Made by a program: the position numbers and the translations under genes
The notes under the pieces: model-generated
What the model was told of the DNA's origin: nothing
Seen by the model: the letters and a program-made list of their open reading frames with translations, nothing else
Databases searched by the model: none
Assembly (NCBI RefSeq): GCF_039654945.1
Contig: NW_027361711.1
Span: forward strand, 9,052,001 to 9,116,000
Length of the DNA stretch: 64,000 nt
Direction of reading: 5' to 3'
From: Dendrobates tinctorius
Taxonomy: Eukaryota
Shown: piece by piece, positions 62,893 to 64,000 of the stretch
How positions within the stretch are numbered: the first letter of the stretch is position 1
Layout: each line of letters opens with the position of its first letter

Positions 62893-64000
62893 TATTCACC
62901 CTTCCGGTTCGAGCGCAGAGTCTGTGCCATTGCTCATGGCGTCTGTGTAATAACCTGCGGGTACGTGAAGATGCAGTCACGCACAGGGAGGCAGAGCAAG
63001 AGTTAAGCAGGATTTATTTACAGGGATGTTCACTCCACGCAGGAAGGAGCAATAGGGGGGAATTGCAACAAATAAACGGTAATACGGTATTTGAGGTAAT
63101 AAACGAAAGCAGAATAAACTTATCTGGCTGAAGAAGGCTTGATTGAAGGGTCTAATTCTCCAACGTTGGCACCGTCAACAGCGGCACATGCAGTCTCTCA
63201 AGTCTCTGCCCAGGATGAAGAAACGGCCTACTGGGAAAACAACATGATGCTGGGTGGTGAGAGGGGTCCTGCTCTCATCACTCTTATTCACAAGTCCACA
63301 CTCAGAACGTGTCACCGCAGGCATGATGCTGTGCTCCTCGGCCAGTCCACTTACTACTCTCAGGGGCTCAGGTCTGTCACTATGCACGTAGTGCCTGTAG
63401 GCACTAGCATCTGTCTCAGACTTGTCAGGGGAGTCTCCTCCGGTCACGGAGGCTGGCGGGTCCATGCTCACACAAAGGGCGCTCACTGTGTGCTGTTTGT
63501 CTGTCTCAGGCCTCAGCCTGAGGGCTCTTTCGAGTATGCGGTCACTCTGGGGCAGAGCGGGTGCAGCAATTATGGTCTCACAGTGTACGGCACCTGGCTT
63601 AACTTCGCTCACTTCGCTCTGCTGACACGGCTCCGCACGCTTCGCTCTGCTGAGATGGCTAATTCCCCCAGCACCACAGCTCCTATTCCGGGCAGCAGCA
63701 GCACGGCCTGTCACAGGGCCAGCACTCTCTGGAGGGGGAAGCAGAGCGTGTTCTCCTCTGCTCTGCGAGCTGCACTTACTTGGCGCCCACCTCTCCTGCA
63801 GCGCGCGCTTTTCCTTGCTCTCCCCCTGTGTCAGTGTGCTCTCTTTAGGCTCTCTCCGCCCCCTTCTCTCAGCAGGAAACTCCATCTCTCCTCTCCTTCC
63901 CTCCTACAGCAAGGGAAGGTCTGCCTCCCTCAGGCTTCCCCCCTGGAAACAGAGGATGCAGCCCTCTCAGTTCTGGACCAGGCATGCAGGTACCCACGGT
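62893..64000 (-). mobile_element. Possible LTR or other retroelement segment running off the window
   Basis: Abrupt GC-rich block with minus-strand AATAAA (TTTATT at ~63013); no recognisable protein motif. Confidence 0.3.

Noticed and set aside
63175-63885. 236-aa minus-strand ORF
   Set aside because: Low-information composition in GC-rich repeat-like DNA; no domain recognised

Overview
Eukaryotic genomic DNA that is almost entirely transposable-element derived. The repeat families suggest an amphibian, most likely a frog (inference). I could not identify an intact host protein-coding gene, and there is no rRNA, tRNA or CRISPR array. Retroelements: two 5'-truncated L2 LINEs on the minus strand, one still carrying a 2A-like GDISPNPGP motif next to a fold-back hairpin; a tRNA-derived SINE sharing the L2 3' tail; a Gypsy 5' LTR + tRNA-Ser PBS + broken gag; a separate Gypsy pol relic split by three nested insertions; and several solo LTRs. 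DNA transposons: two near-complete DD34E Tc1 elements, each inactivated by one or two lesions, plus Tc1 relics; large TTAA piggyBac-like non-autonomous elements with ~390-bp internal tandem repeats and telomere-like tracts; and many MITEs (TTAA/Kolobok-T2-like, TWA/Harbinger-like, 8-bp-TSD hAT-like). The window also has minisatellites, a 409-bp assembly gap and one unique GC-rich island (36.8-37.55 kb) that may be a host promoter or first exon. The most striking pattern is that palindromic MITEs of several families carry outward-facing consensus 5' splice sites. In the T2-like family these sit in a conserved 36-nt GT...AG micro-intron-like cassette downstream of NRF1/YY1-like motifs, which resembles a portable bidirectional promoter. 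LTRs here also contain an internal fossil copy of their own primer-binding site. All calls are by eye; no database searches were run.
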